A stretch of 64,000 nucleotides of DNA. It comes from Macrostomum lignano. Taxonomy: Eukaryota. Below, one piece after another: positions 24,701 to 37,055 of this stretch. The position numbers were made by a program, and so were the translations under genes. The stretch covers positions 31,395-95,394 of the forward strand of contig NIVC01000026.1 of the NCBI GenBank assembly GCA_002269645.1. The letters run 5' to 3'. Within the stretch, counting starts at the first letter, position 1; each line of letters begins with the position of its first letter. The notes under the pieces are model-generated. The model searched no databases, was not told where the DNA came from, and was given only the letters and a program-made list of their open reading frames with translations.

Positions 24701-27700
24701 AGGTATGCACACCAGGTAAAAAAACAGGTAATATAAGTGGAGTAACGGTCTACATAATGTAAATAATGTAAAAATGTACAGATTTCCCATTTGAATAAAG
24801 AAGCAAAAAAGTAATCAATAAATTAGAAAGAATCCATCGTGCACCGCACCGGCTTAGCCATCTCCGTCACTGAAGCCATTGGCTTTTAAGACGACCAGGT
24901 AAAAATCTTGTTTAGGTAAAAATAATTGTTTACAAAATAATGGCTGACCACTGGAACTTTAAGAAAGGAGCATTTTTATTTCATGGAATCGACAGACACT
25001 GTTAACAGTAAATTAAACACCCCGGCTTGCAAGTAAACACCCCGGCTAGTAATTAAACACCCCGGCTTGCAATTAAACACCCAGCTAGCAATTAAACACC
25101 CAGCTAGCAATTAAACACCCAGCAAGCAATTAAACACCCAGCTAGCAATTAAACACCCAGCAAGCAATTAAACACCCAGCTAGCAATTAAACACCCCGGC
25201 TTGCAAGTAAACACCCGGCTAGTAATTAAACACCCCAGCTTGCAAGTAAACATCCGGCTAGTAATTAAACACCCAGCTAGCAATTAAACACCCAGCTAGC
25301 AATTAAACACCCAGCTAGCAATGAAACACCCCGGCAAGCAATTAAACACCCAGCTAGCAGTTAAACACCCAGCTACGAGTAGCAATTAAACACCCAGCTA
25401 GCAATTAAACACCCAACTAGCAATTAAACACCCAGCTAGCAATTAAACACCCGGCAAGCAATTAAACACCCAGCTAGCAATGAAACACCCCGGCAAGCAA
25501 TGAAACACCCCGGCAAGCAATTAACCACCCAGCTAGCAGTTAAACACCCAGCTACGAGTAGCAATTAAACACCCAGCTAGCAATTAAACACCCAACTAGC
25601 AATTAAACACCCAGCTAGCAATTAAACACCCCGGCAAGCAATTAAACACCCCGGCAAGCAATTAAACACCCCGGCTGGCAATTAGACACCCAGCTAGCAA
25701 TTAAACAAAATGAATGTAGATAACAGATCAAAAATGTCGTCTAATAACGAGTAGCGAGGGACGAATATGAAAAGAATCTTTACAGCATGTGTGATTTTCA
25801 AACAGGGCATATTCATAAGTAGAATATATCCTACTTCCTACGGTAAGTACCTCATCAATATTATCCCGACTGCTTATAATCGAATTATACATTAATGGCT
25901 TTCAGTCCCGTCGCCGCCACCAACTGAGAAGCCGACAGGTGAGTCAGGTGATAAATATTTAATTAGCGCTTAATCAAGCCACCAACTACAGGTGAGTCAG
26001 GTGATAAATATTTAATTAGCGCTTAATCAAGCCAATAAACTTGATAATTACGTCATTTCAGTCCCACCGCCGCCACCAACTGAGAAGCCGACAGGTGAGT
26101 CAGGTGATAAATATTTAATTAGCGCTTAATCAAGCTAATAAACTTGATAATTATGTCATTTCAGTCCCACCGCCGCCACCAACTGAGAAGCCGACAGGTG
26201 AGTCAGGTGATAAATATTTAATTAGCGCTTAATCAAGCTAATAAACTTGATAATTATGTCATTTCAGTCCCACCGCCGCCACCAACTGAGAAGCCGACAG
26301 GTGAGTCAGGTGATAAATATTTAATTAGCGCTTAATCAAACTCATAAACTTGATAATTCTGTCATTTTAGTCCCACCGCCGCCACCAACTGAGAAGCCGA
26401 CAGGTGAGTCAGGTGATAAATATTTAATTAGCGCTTAATCAAACTCATAAACTTGATAATTCTGTCATTTTAGTCCCACCGCCGCCACCAACTGAGAAGC
26501 CGACAGGTGAGTCAGGTGATAAATATTTAATTAGCGCTTAATCAAACTCATAAACTTGATAATTCTGTCATTTTAGTCCCACCGCCGCCACCAACTGAGA
26601 AGCCGACAGGTGAGTCAGGTGATAAATATTTAATTAGCGCTTAATCAAGCTAATAAACTTGATAATTACGTCATTTCAGTCCCACCGCCGCCACCAACTG
26701 AGAAGCCGACAGGTAAGTCAGGTGATAAATATTTAATTAGCGCTTAATAAGTGTGGAGTAACTTGCAAGAACTGCGAGAGTCTGGAGTTTGGAGAGTGTG
26801 GAGCTTGGAGAGTGTGGAGTTTGGAAATTATGGAGTTTTGGAAAGTGTGGAGTTTGGAAAGTGTGGAGTTTGGAAAGTGTGGAGTTTGGAAAGTGTGGAG
26901 TTTGGAGAGTGCGGAGCTTGGAAGGTGTGAAGTTTGGAAAGTGTGAAGTTTGGAGAGTGCGGAGCTTGGAAGGTGTGAAGTTTGGAAAGTGTGAAGTTTG
27001 GAAAGTGTGGAGTTTGGAGAGTGCGGAGCTTGGAAAGTGTGGAGTTTGGAAAGTGTGGAGTTTGGAAAGTGTGGAGTTTGGAAAGTGTGGAGTTTGGAGA
27101 GTGCGGAGCTTGGAAGGTGTGAAGTTTGGAAAGTGTGAAGTTTGGAAAGTGTGGAGTTTGGAGAGTGCGGAGCTTGGAAAGTGTGGAGTTTGGAAAGTGT
27201 GGAGTTTGGAAAGTGTGGAGTTTGGAAAGTGTGGAGTTTGGAGAGTGCGGAGCTTGGAAGGTGTGAAGTTTGGAAAGTGTGAAGTTTGGAAAGTGTGGAG
27301 TTTGGAGAGTGCGGAGCTTGGAAAGTGTGGAGTTTGGAAAGTGTGGAGTTTGGAGAGTGTTGAGTTTGGAGAGTGCGGAGCTTGGAGAGTGTGGAGTTTG
27401 GAAAGTGTGGAGTTTGGAGAGTGTGGAGTTTGGAGAGTGCGGAAGCTTGGAGAGAGTGGAATTTGGAGAGTGTGGAGTTTGGAAAGTGTGGAGTTTGGAA
27501 AGTGTGGAGTTTGGAAAGTGTGGAGTTTGGAGAGTGCGGAGTTTGGAAAGTGTGGAGTTTGGAGAGTGCGGAGTTTGGAAAGTGTGGAGTTTGGAAAGTG
27601 TGGAGTTTGGAGAGTGCGGAGCTTGGAGAGTGTGGAGCTTGGAGAGTGCGGAGTTTGGAAAGTGTGGAGTTTGGAGAGTGTGGAGTTTGGAGAGTGCGGA

Positions 27701-30273
27701 GCTTGGAGAGTGTGGAGCTTGGAGAGTGCGGAGTTTGGAAAGTGTGGAGTTTGGAGAGTGTGGAGTTTGGAGAGTGCGGAGCTTGGAGAGTGTGGAGTTT
27801 GGAGAGTGTGGAGTTTTTCGAATTTATTTATTAATTAGCTGGTGTAAAGACATTTTCGGTGACTTACAGTTCCAGAATCGATCACTACGACACCTAAAAC
27901 TTCAAAGCCGAAAGGTGAGCAGTCTTTATCTTGTCAATAGATGCTACTTTGCTCTGACAAGATAACACAACGAAAATAAGGTACATGCAAGTTCTAAAGC
28001 ACTTATGGTTTTCGTTTCAGTTCGTGAATGTAAGTTGAATTGTGGAATGTTTTGTTTTAATTTTGCTCTACTGATCACAGACTCCACAATGAGAGCTGCA
28101 GTTACTGATGAAGCTTTGGCTTCAACAACAATAAAAACCGCACAACTGCAGTTGAATACGTTGGCTGCTACGCAAATCACCACGGCACCGAGACGGCCCT
28201 GGATGATATACCGCGGAGCCACCCGGAAATGACGGTAGTCGACTGTTACTTCTTTTGCACCCTGAGATTTGCCAACTATTTTGGAATTTTTGACGCAACC
28301 AAATGCTACTGCGGATTTACGATCAACACGACCCAAGTGGTGCAGGACCGCTGCAGGCTCACTTGTCCCGGAAATCCATTGGAAATCTGCGGCGGCAGCA
28401 GTGCAATCAGCATTTACGTTTTGCCGAAACCGAAAGTAGTTAGTCGGCCAGGTGAGTGTCTATGAATCGGGGTAAGTGTCCATAGGGTGTCCGTTAATCA
28501 AGGTACGTGTCTATAGGGTGAGTGTCCATTAATCGGGTTTAGTGTCCATAGGATGAGTGTCCATATTCGGGGTCAATGTCCATAGGATGAGTGTTCATAA
28601 TCAGGATAAGTGTCCATAGGGTGTCCGTTAATCAAAGTAAGTGTCTATAGGGTGAGTGTCCATTAATCGGGGTAGGTGTCCATAGGATGAGTCCATAATC
28701 GGGGTAGGTGTTTATTGGATGAGTCCATAATCGGGGTAAATGTCCATAGGGTGAGTATCCATAATTGGGGTAAGTGTCCATAGGGTGAGTATCCATAATT
28801 GGGGTAAGTGTCCATAGGGTGAGTATCCATAATTCGGGTAAGTGTCCATAGGGTGAGTATCCATAATTGGGGTAAGTGTCCATAGGGTGAGTATCCATAA
28901 TTGGGGTAAGTGTCCATAGGGTGAGTATCCATAATTGGGGTAAGTGTCCATAGGGTGAGTATCCATAATTGGGGTAAGTGTCCATAGGGTGAGTATCCAT
29001 AATTGGGGTAAGTGTCCATAGGGTGAGTATCCATAATTGGGGTAAGTGTCCATAGGGTGAGTATCCATAATTGGGGTAAGTGTCCATAGGGTGAGTATCC
29101 ATAATTGGGGTAAGTGTCCATAGGGTGAGTATCCATAATTGGGGTAAGTGTCCATAGGGTGAGTATCCATAATTGGGGTAAGTGTCCATAGGGTGAGTAT
29201 CCATAATTGGGGTAAGTGTCCATAGGGTGAGTATCCATAATTGGGGTAAGTGTCCATAGGGTGAGTATCCATAATTGGGGTAAGTGTCCATAGGGTGAGT
29301 ATCCATAATTAGGGTAAGTGTCCATAGGGTGAGTATCCATAATTGGGGTAAGTGTCCATAGGGTGAGTATCCATAATTGGGGTAAGTGTCCATAGGGTGA
29401 GTATCCATAATTGGGGTAAGTGTCCATAGGGTGAGTATTCATAATTGGGGTAAGTGTCCATAGGGTGAGTATCCATAATTGGGGTAAGTGTCCATAGGGT
29501 GAGTATCCATAATCGGGGTAAGTGTCCATAGGGTGAGTATCCATAATCGGGGTAAGTGTCCATAGGGTGAGTATCCATAATTGGGGTAAGTGTCCATAGG
29601 GTGAGTATCCATAATTGGGGTAAGTGTCCATAGGGTGAGTATCCATAATTGGGGTAAGTGTCCATAGGGTGAGTATCCATAATTGGGGTAAGTGTCCATA
29701 GGGTGAGTATCCATAATCGGGGTAAGTGTCCATAGGGTGATTATCCATAATTGGGGTAAGTGTCCATAGGGTGAGTATCCATAATCGGGATAAGTGTCCA
29801 TAGGGTGAGTGTCCATAATTGGGGTAAGTGTCCATTAATCGGTCCGTCATTCTATGAACACTTTCTCAAGTACATAGAAATACATACAAATTGTACAACC
29901 CTGAAGCCTAAGATGAATCGCTATTATGGATAAACAGTAAAAAGATTTTTAATTATTGCAACTTTCAGAAGATCCTGTTGGCTGCTATTTTGCCAGTGAT
30001 TCATCAACGCTGGGAGGACCCAAACTGTCCAGCTCGGACATGACTCAGTCAGTTTGCGCCAGTGAGTGTGCCAAGTACCTGACCAAATATTTCGGCTTGA
30101 TGACAAAGGACTCACAAGGGAGCTGCCATTGCGGCAACGAAATTCCATCTGGGGAGCAAAACCAATACGACATGAGCTTCTGCCAGTACAAGTGCCCCGG
30201 GGTGAGATTCAACATGGAAGTGTGCGGGAGCGACATGTTTATGCTGGTGTTCAAACTGAATATACAGTCCTGA
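21761..30273 (+). CDS. Secreted Pro/Thr-rich stalk protein with two WSC domains (14 exons)
   Basis: Exons 21761-21818 (signal peptide MAVQKLTVFLILAAITLCFA), 22822-22854, 24532-24558, eight 33-nt exons (starts 25906, 26062, 26165, 26268, 26371, 26474, 26577, 26680), 27870-27914, 28081 (or 28152)-28451, 29969-30273. All introns are phase 1 GT-AG. WSC patterns YVGCY..MTVVDC..C..YFG..CYCG..C..CPGN..CGG..IY and VGCY..MTQSVC..C..YFG..CHCG. AATAAA at ~30330. Confidence 0.85.
22982..23591. mobile_element. Non-autonomous hAT-like element with internal 20-bp repeats
   Basis: Perfect 14-bp TIR CAGGGGCGTCGCCA; flanks CCCACATT / TCTACATT (decayed 8-bp TSD); internal GCACTCATTTTAGCGCCACAG repeats. Confidence 0.8.
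24199..24465 (+). mobile_element. tRNA-derived SINE (5' truncated) with CORE-like segment
   Basis: B-box GGTTCGATTCC at 24229; TGTCCTTGAGAAAGACACTT at 24261; (AAT)n tail. Confidence 0.65.
25010..25705. repeat. Intronic minisatellite, ~19 bp (GCAATTAAACACCCAGCTA)
   Basis: Tandem array. Confidence 0.95.
25901..26750 (+). repeat. 103-bp tandem repeat = 33-nt exon + 70-nt intron units
   Basis: Exact 103-bp period from 26062; each unit has TT(C/T)AG acceptor, exon TCCCACCGCCGCCACCAACTGAGAAGCCGACAG and GT(G/A)AGT donor. Confidence 0.95.
26780..27816. repeat. Intronic minisatellite, 16 bp (GTGTGGAGTTTGGA(A/G)A)
   Basis: Tandem array; accounts for ORFs 26789-27965. Confidence 0.95.
28452..29840. 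repeat. Intronic minisatellite, 34 bp (GGGTGAGTATCCATAATTGGGGTAAGTGTCCATA)
   Basis: Highly homogeneous array starting at the exon donor. Confidence 0.95.
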
Positions 30274-30754
30274 AACTCAGTTCAGGCCGGAGTGAACTAG
30301 TGCGAGTTTAAACAGAAACTCGAATCTCGAATAAATAAAAGAAGTAAATCGCAAAAAGTTGAAATTCTTTGTTTATTTCTTTTTATTGCATTTTAATTTT
30401 CATTATATCCCTCGTTCTGTTGATCCCAAATGACATCAACTCTCTTGAATGCTGCAAAATGACTTCGGTAAATGACTGGTGTATATCACACTCCTCTAAG
30501 CCACACCTGAATGCACATCCATGACTTTTAGCCCAGCAATTGGGAGGGAAGAAAAAGCAATGAAGCTGAAGCCTAGTTTGAAATGTTGCTTTAAAAGTTA
30601 TATGCTTCTCCAAGTTTCTCCAAGTTAAACGGGGGTGGGAAGCCGGGAGCTACCCGCGGATCAGCCCTGGGAGGGGCTCTGCCGCTGAGGGGCACTAACA
30701 GCGGCATATAGCCCGAGATTGGACCCTGACGTCTGGGCCAGGGGAATCTGCCAA

Positions 30755-31108
30755 CCCAAACCTATGGACTAAGACACCGCCAACCCAAACCTATGGACTA
30801 AGACACCGCCAACCCAAACCTATGGACTAAGACACCGCCAACCCAAGCCTATGGACTAAGACACCGCCAACCCAAGCCTATGGACTAAGACACCGCCAAC
30901 CCAAACCTATGGACTAAGACACCGCCAACCCAAGCCTATGGACTAAGACACCGCCAACCCAAGCCTATGAACTAAGACACCGCCAACCCAAACCTATGGA
31001 CTAAGACACCGCCAACCCAAGCCTATGGACTAAGACACCACCAACCCAAACCTATGGACTAAGACACCGCCAACCCAAGCCTATGGACTAAGACACCGCC
31101 AACCCAAA
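30755..31108. repeat. Minisatellite, 29 bp (GCCAACCCAA(A/G)CCTATGGACTAAGACACC)
   Basis: About 12 contiguous units, no spacers. Confidence 0.92.
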
Positions 31109-31644
31109 AGTGGAACCAGAGACGGTGCTAAGACCGAGTCCACCCAAGCCACCACCCGGCAGACAAGTCCCAGGAGTGCGCGAAAAAAGATTGGAAAAAT
31201 CTTGAAATACTACTAAAAGCGGTCCGAGAGCGGGGAGACGCCGAAGTCTCGGAAATGGCTGTATTTTGGAGCGAGTCTGGAAGGCTTGTTTCCGAGGGCG
31301 AGACTCCTATCAGGCCACCAGAAAACCTATAGGGCTGCAAGCCACAAGGGTGTCACCTATCCAGCTCTATATTGGAGGCCAGGCCAAGGGGTCGGGAAGG
31401 AGCAACTTCAGAATTGCAGTTCAATTGTGGGAATTCGATGAAAACTTTGAAATTTGAGCAGAAAAAAGTGACCATTAAATTTGGTTGGCAGTCACGGTAA
31501 TTTATATTGTTTTTTAATAAAACACAAATTAATCGCTCTCTCACAATAAAATATATAATTAGGACAACAGATATATTGCACCTACCAGCATAGAATGTTG
31601 AATTCAATCAAATTTGAATAATAATATAATAATTGTCAAAACTT

Positions 31645-34600
31645 TCAGCGCCGTTTAATAGCAACGTAAATATTCCAAAGAAGAGACAGGCCGCACATGA
31701 ACAGCACTCGGTACTGAAATTATTAATACAAATTATTTATAATATATATTCATAAAGACTCATGCATACACAATGTTCAAAAACAAAGGCTCACCTTTTG
31801 CGGTACATAGTTGATATTAATAAACTGGAACAGGGACCAGATCTTCACGTTCATTTTCAGCACGTCTAAGAAGCTGTCCTTGACTTTGGCGTGCGCGAAC
31901 GCCAAGGATCGGCCCTGCGAGATTGAAGATTTTGTCAGAATTAAATACTCTATTATCACTTTTCTACTTAGCATTAGTACCCATTCGTGTCCCAATCTAC
32001 ATCTACTCAATCCCTATCTACCCAATTCCTATCTACCCAATCCCTATCTACCCAATCCCTATCTACCTAATCCCTATATACCTAATCCCTATCTACCCAA
32101 TTCCTATCTACCTAATCCCTATCTACCCAATCCCTATCTACCCAATTCCTATCTACCCAATCCCTATCTACTCAATTCCTATCTACCCAATTCCTATCTA
32201 CCCAATCCCTATCTACCCAATCCCTATCTACCCAATCCCTATCTACCTAATCCCTATCTACCCAATCCCTATCTACCCAATTCCTATCTACCCAATCCCT
32301 ATCTACCTAATCCCTATCTACCCAATCCCTATCTACCTATATTCCCTATATACCCAATTCCTATCTACCCAATCCCTATCTACCCAATTTCTATCTACCC
32401 AATCTCTATCTACCCAATCCCTATCTACCCAATTCCTATCTACCCAATCTCTATCTACCCAATCCCTATCTACCCAATTTCTATCTACCTAATCCCTATC
32501 TACCTAATCCCTTATCTACCTAATCCCTATCTACCCAATCCCTATCCACCCAATCCCTATCTACCCAATCCCTATCCACCCAATCCCTATCTACCCAATC
32601 CCTATCTACCCAATCCCTATCTACCCAATCCCTATCTACCCAATCCCATCTACCCAATCCCTATCTACCCAATCCCTATCTACCCAATCCCATCTACCCA
32701 ATCCCTATCTACCCAATCCCTATCTACCCTATCCCTATCTACCCAATCTCCATCTACCTAATCCCTATCTACCCAATCCCTATCTACCCAATCCCTATGT
32801 ACCCAATCCCTATGTACCCAATCCCTATCTACCTAATCCCTATCTACCCAATCCCTATCTACCCAATCCCTATCTACCTAATCCCTATCTACCTAATCCC
32901 TTATCTACCTAATCCCTATCTACCCAATCCCTATCCACCCAATCCCTTTCTACCCAATCCCTATCCACCCAATCCCTATCTACCCAATCCCTATCTACCC
33001 AATCCCTATCTACCCAATCCCTATCTACCCAATCCCATCTACCCAATCCCTATCTACCCAATCCCTATCTACCCAATCCCATCTACCCAATCCCTAATCT
33101 ACCCAATCCCTATCTACCCTATCCCTATCTACCCAATCTCCATCTACCTAATCCCTATCTACCCAATCCCTATCTACCCAATCCCTATGTACCCAATCCC
33201 TATGTACCCAATCCCTATCTACCTAATCCCTATCTACCCAATCCCTATCTACCCAATCCCTATCTACCCAATCCCTATCTACCCAATCCCTATCTACCCA
33301 ATCCCTATCTACCTAATCCCTATCTACCCAATCCCTATCTACCCAATCCCTATCTACCCAATTCCTATCTACCCAATCCCTATCTACCCAATCCCTATCT
33401 ACCCTATCCCTATCTACCCAATCCCTATCTACCTAATCCCTATCTACCCAATTCCTATCTACCCAATCCTTATCTACCTAATCCCTATCTACCCAATCCC
33501 TATCTACCTAATCCCTATCTACACAATCCCTATCTACGAGTACCTAATCCCTTATCTACCTAATATCCATCTACCCAATCCCTATCTACCTAATTCCTAT
33601 CTACCCAATCCCTATCTACCCAATCCCTATCTACCCTATCCCTATCTACCCAATCCCTATCTACCTAATCCCTATCTACCTGATCCCTATCTACCCAATC
33701 CCTATCTACCCAATTCCTATCTACCCAATCCCTATCTACCCAATCCCTATCTACCCAATCCCTATCTACCCAAGCCCTACATGTATCTACCCAATCTCCA
33801 TCTACTCTATATTTTATCTACCCAATCTTCATCTACCAAATTTCCATCTACACATTCCCTATCTAGTCTATCCTTATCTACCAATCTCCATCTACCCAAT
33901 CCCTACGTACCCAATCTCCATCTACCCTATCTATCTACCCTATCCAACTAATCTCCATCTACCCTATCCCTATCTACCCAATCCAACTAATCTCCATCTA
34001 CCTCTCAGTCTCACCTCGAACAGCGGCACTGAATAGTAGAGCAACAGCAGGTAAGGCGGTGCCAACAGCAGCCTGTCAATCAGAGTGCGTTTCAACGCTA
34101 CAAACTGTTGGTCAGAGTCCTTGGGCAGAGCCCTGTCCAACTGGCGATAGAAAGCGTGAATCAACGGGCCAGAAATAAAGAAGCCAAAGGCTGAATAAGC
34201 GAAGGTGCTTCTCAGGCTGAACTGGCCGCCAGTGCCGGGTTTGGGCGCGATCAGCTGTGACAGAATGTCGCCTAGGCCGAAAATTGCGCCGCTAAGATGA
34301 CGGATGGTTGTTAAGGGGTGAAGCCTGAATATAAATCATTGGATTTGTGACCCGCAACCATTCGGCTCACTGCTAGCTTATATTATCTCACACTCTTTGG
34401 TTCAAAGGTGTCACCTGACCCCTCTCGATTCATATCCTTCACAGAAGGGGTCACCTGACCCCTCCCGTTTCATATACTTCACTGACAGGGGTCACCTGAC
34501 CCTCCCGATTCATATTCTTCACTGACAGGGGTCACCTGACCCCTCCCGTTTCATATACTTCACTGACAGGGGTCACCTGACCCCTCCCGTTTCATATACT

Positions 34601-35055
34601 TCACTGACAGGGGTCACCTGACCCTCCCGATTCATATTCTTCACTGACAAGGGTCACCTGACCCCTCCTGGTTCATATACTTCACTGACAGGGGTCACCT
34701 GACCCTCCCGATTCATATTCTTCACTGACAAGGGTCACCTGACCCCTCCTGATTCATATTCTTCACTGACAGGGGTCACCTGACCCCTCCCGATTCATAT
34801 ACTTCAGACAGAGATCATCTGACTCCTCCCGATTCATATACTTCACTGACAGAGGTCACCTGACCCCTCTCGATTCAAATCCATCATCACTGATTCTATT
34901 TTCTTACGCTAAGATCATTAATTCACACTGGTAAGGGGGCGGTTACTTGCCCTCTCAACTGATCATGCCATACTATAGTCACAGTGTCATTCCTTAGATT
35001 TATATCTTGACCCTTGTACATTTACATTTACATAAAGGGGCTCATCTAACTGCTA

Positions 35056-35097
<42 letters not shown>

Positions 35098-35309
35098 TCC
35101 TATATTTATATAGAAAAGTCTAATAACATAAGATCCAAAAAATAATCCAACCTTGTCGCAGCTTTTGTAAGCAAAGGTCGTTCATTGAGCAGTCGGTCGT
35201 ACTTTTTAATTAGACTGATAATAGTAGCCATCAAGGACTCATCAGCTTTACCGCCATCGCTTCCGCCTTTCTTGCCCGGGGCTGGGCTATGCGAAGGTTT
35301 GGTGGACAT
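31645..35309 (-). CDS. PXMP2: Peroxisomal membrane protein 2 (Mpv17/PMP22 family), 4 exons, ~207 aa
   Basis: Exons 35309-35152, 34291-34015, 31914-31795, 31713-31645 in consistent phase. Motifs PLLTKAATS, LGDILSQ, GPLIHAFY, KRTLIDRLLLAP, MNVKIW..QFININYVP and YRVLF. Confidence 0.9.
31995..33995. repeat. Intronic minisatellite, 15 bp (CTATCTACCCAATCC)
   Basis: 2-kb array filling PXMP2 intron 2. Confidence 0.97.
34420..34870. repeat. Intronic minisatellite, ~40 bp (GGTCACCTGACCCCTCCCGTTTCATATACTTCACTGACAG)
   Basis: About 11 units in PXMP2 intron 1, with a (TA)n tract at 35057-35096. Confidence 0.9.
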
Positions 35310-35389
35310 AGCAACTGTGTTCAAGAGACTCGGTGAGGACAGCTCTGTAACGTACATTGGTGGTGAGGGCGGGTGGAGAGCGAGGTAAT

Positions 35390-36658
35390 GAGAGTCAGGG
35401 GAAAGCCAGTGTACATTGGGGATGATGATCAGGCGAAAGCCAGTGTACATTGGAGATGATGGTCAGGCGAAAGCCAGTGTACATTGGGGATGAGGGTCAG
35501 GGGAAAGCCAGTGTACATTGGGGATGATGGTCAGGAAGAGCCAGTGTACATTGGGGATGATGGTCAGGCGAAAGCCAGTGTACATTGGGGATGAGGGTCG
35601 GGGAGAGCCAGTGTACATTGGGGATGAGGGTCAGGGGAAAGCCAGTGTACATTGGGGATGAGGGTCGAGAAGAGCCAGTGTTTGGGGATGAGGGTCAGGG
35701 GAGAGCCAGTGTACATTGGGGATGATGGTCAGGCGAAAGCCAGTGTACATTAGGGATAATGGTCAGGCGAAAGCCAGTGTACATTAGGGATAATGGTCAG
35801 GCGAAAGCCAGTGTACATTAGGGATAATGGTCAGGCGAAAGCCAGTGTACATTGGGGATGATGGTCAGGCGAAAGCCAGTGTACATTGGGGATGATGGTC
35901 AGGGGAAAGCCAGTGTACATTGGGGATGAGAGTCAGGGGAAAGCCAGTGTACATTGGGGATGAGGGTCGAGAAGAGCCAGTGTTTGGGGATGAGGGTCAG
36001 GGGAGAGCCAGTGTACATTGGGGATGATGGTCAGGCGAAAGCCAGTGTACATTAGGGATAATGGTCAGGCGAAAGCCAGTGTACATTGGGGATGATGGTC
36101 AGGCGAAAGCCAGTGTACATTAGGGATAATGGTCAGGCGAAAGCCAGTGTACATTAGGGATAATGGTCAGGCGAAAGCCAGTGTACATTAGGGATAATGG
36201 TCAGGCGAAAGCCAGTGTACATTGGGGATGATGGTCAGGCGAAAGCCAGTGTACATTGGGGATGATGGTCAGGGGAAAGCCAGTGTACATTGGGGATGAG
36301 AGTCAGGGGAAAGCCAGTGTACATTGGGGATGAGGGTCGAGAAGAGCCAGTGTTTGGGGATGAGGGTCAGGGGAGAGCCAGTGTACATTGGGGATGATGG
36401 TCAGGCGAAAGCCAGTGTACATTAGGGATAATGGTCAGGCGAAAGCCAGTGTACATTAGGGATAATGGTCAGGCGAAAGCCAGTGTACATTGGGGATGAT
36501 GGTCAGGCGAAAGCCAGTGTACATTGGGGATGATGGTCAGGGGAAAGCCAGTGTACATTGGGGATGAGAGTCAGGGGAGAGCCAGTGTACATTGGGGATG
36601 ATGGTCAGCGGAAAGCCAGTGTACATTGGGGATGATGGTCAGCGGAAAGCCAGTGTAC
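35390..36658. repeat. Minisatellite, 34 bp (AAAGCCAGTGTACATTGGGGATGATGGTCAGGCG)
   Basis: Tandem array between DHX36 and PXMP2. Confidence 0.95.
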
Positions 36659-37055
36659 ACCAGGACAAGACGAACAATTAAAAAGACGGAAATGTATCAA
36701 TTCTGTAACAACGTTAAGGATTCATAATTTTTTTTATTTAGAATGCATAAATAAAAAATGCAAAAACGATGGGGACATACTCGTATTCTCGTATATTAAA
36801 TGAAAATCCATTTAAGCGATGTTTTTTAAATAACAGTTCAGATAGAATTGCCGTCAGAAGAGCTGTCAGTCACTACAGTGCAAACAAATAAGCAGGTGTT
36901 ACTCGTTTTACTTAAGAGAGTTGGGGACTAACAAAAAAGAAGTGGATAACAATTAGAAAGTATTTTATGTCTATCTGTACCAAGGCTAATCTAGAGACTG
37001 ACAACTAAAATAAGCAGAATTTTAACCCGTTTAAATAAACTTTATTCAAAACCTA

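Noticed and set aside
24828-24900. Extra candidate exon ending CCAG|GTAAAA in the WSC gene
   Set aside because: The phase-1 frame contains a stop and there is no convincing acceptor.
25901-31108. CRISPR-like appearance of the 103-bp, 34-bp and 29-bp arrays
   Set aside because: No unique spacers, no cas genes, eukaryotic context.
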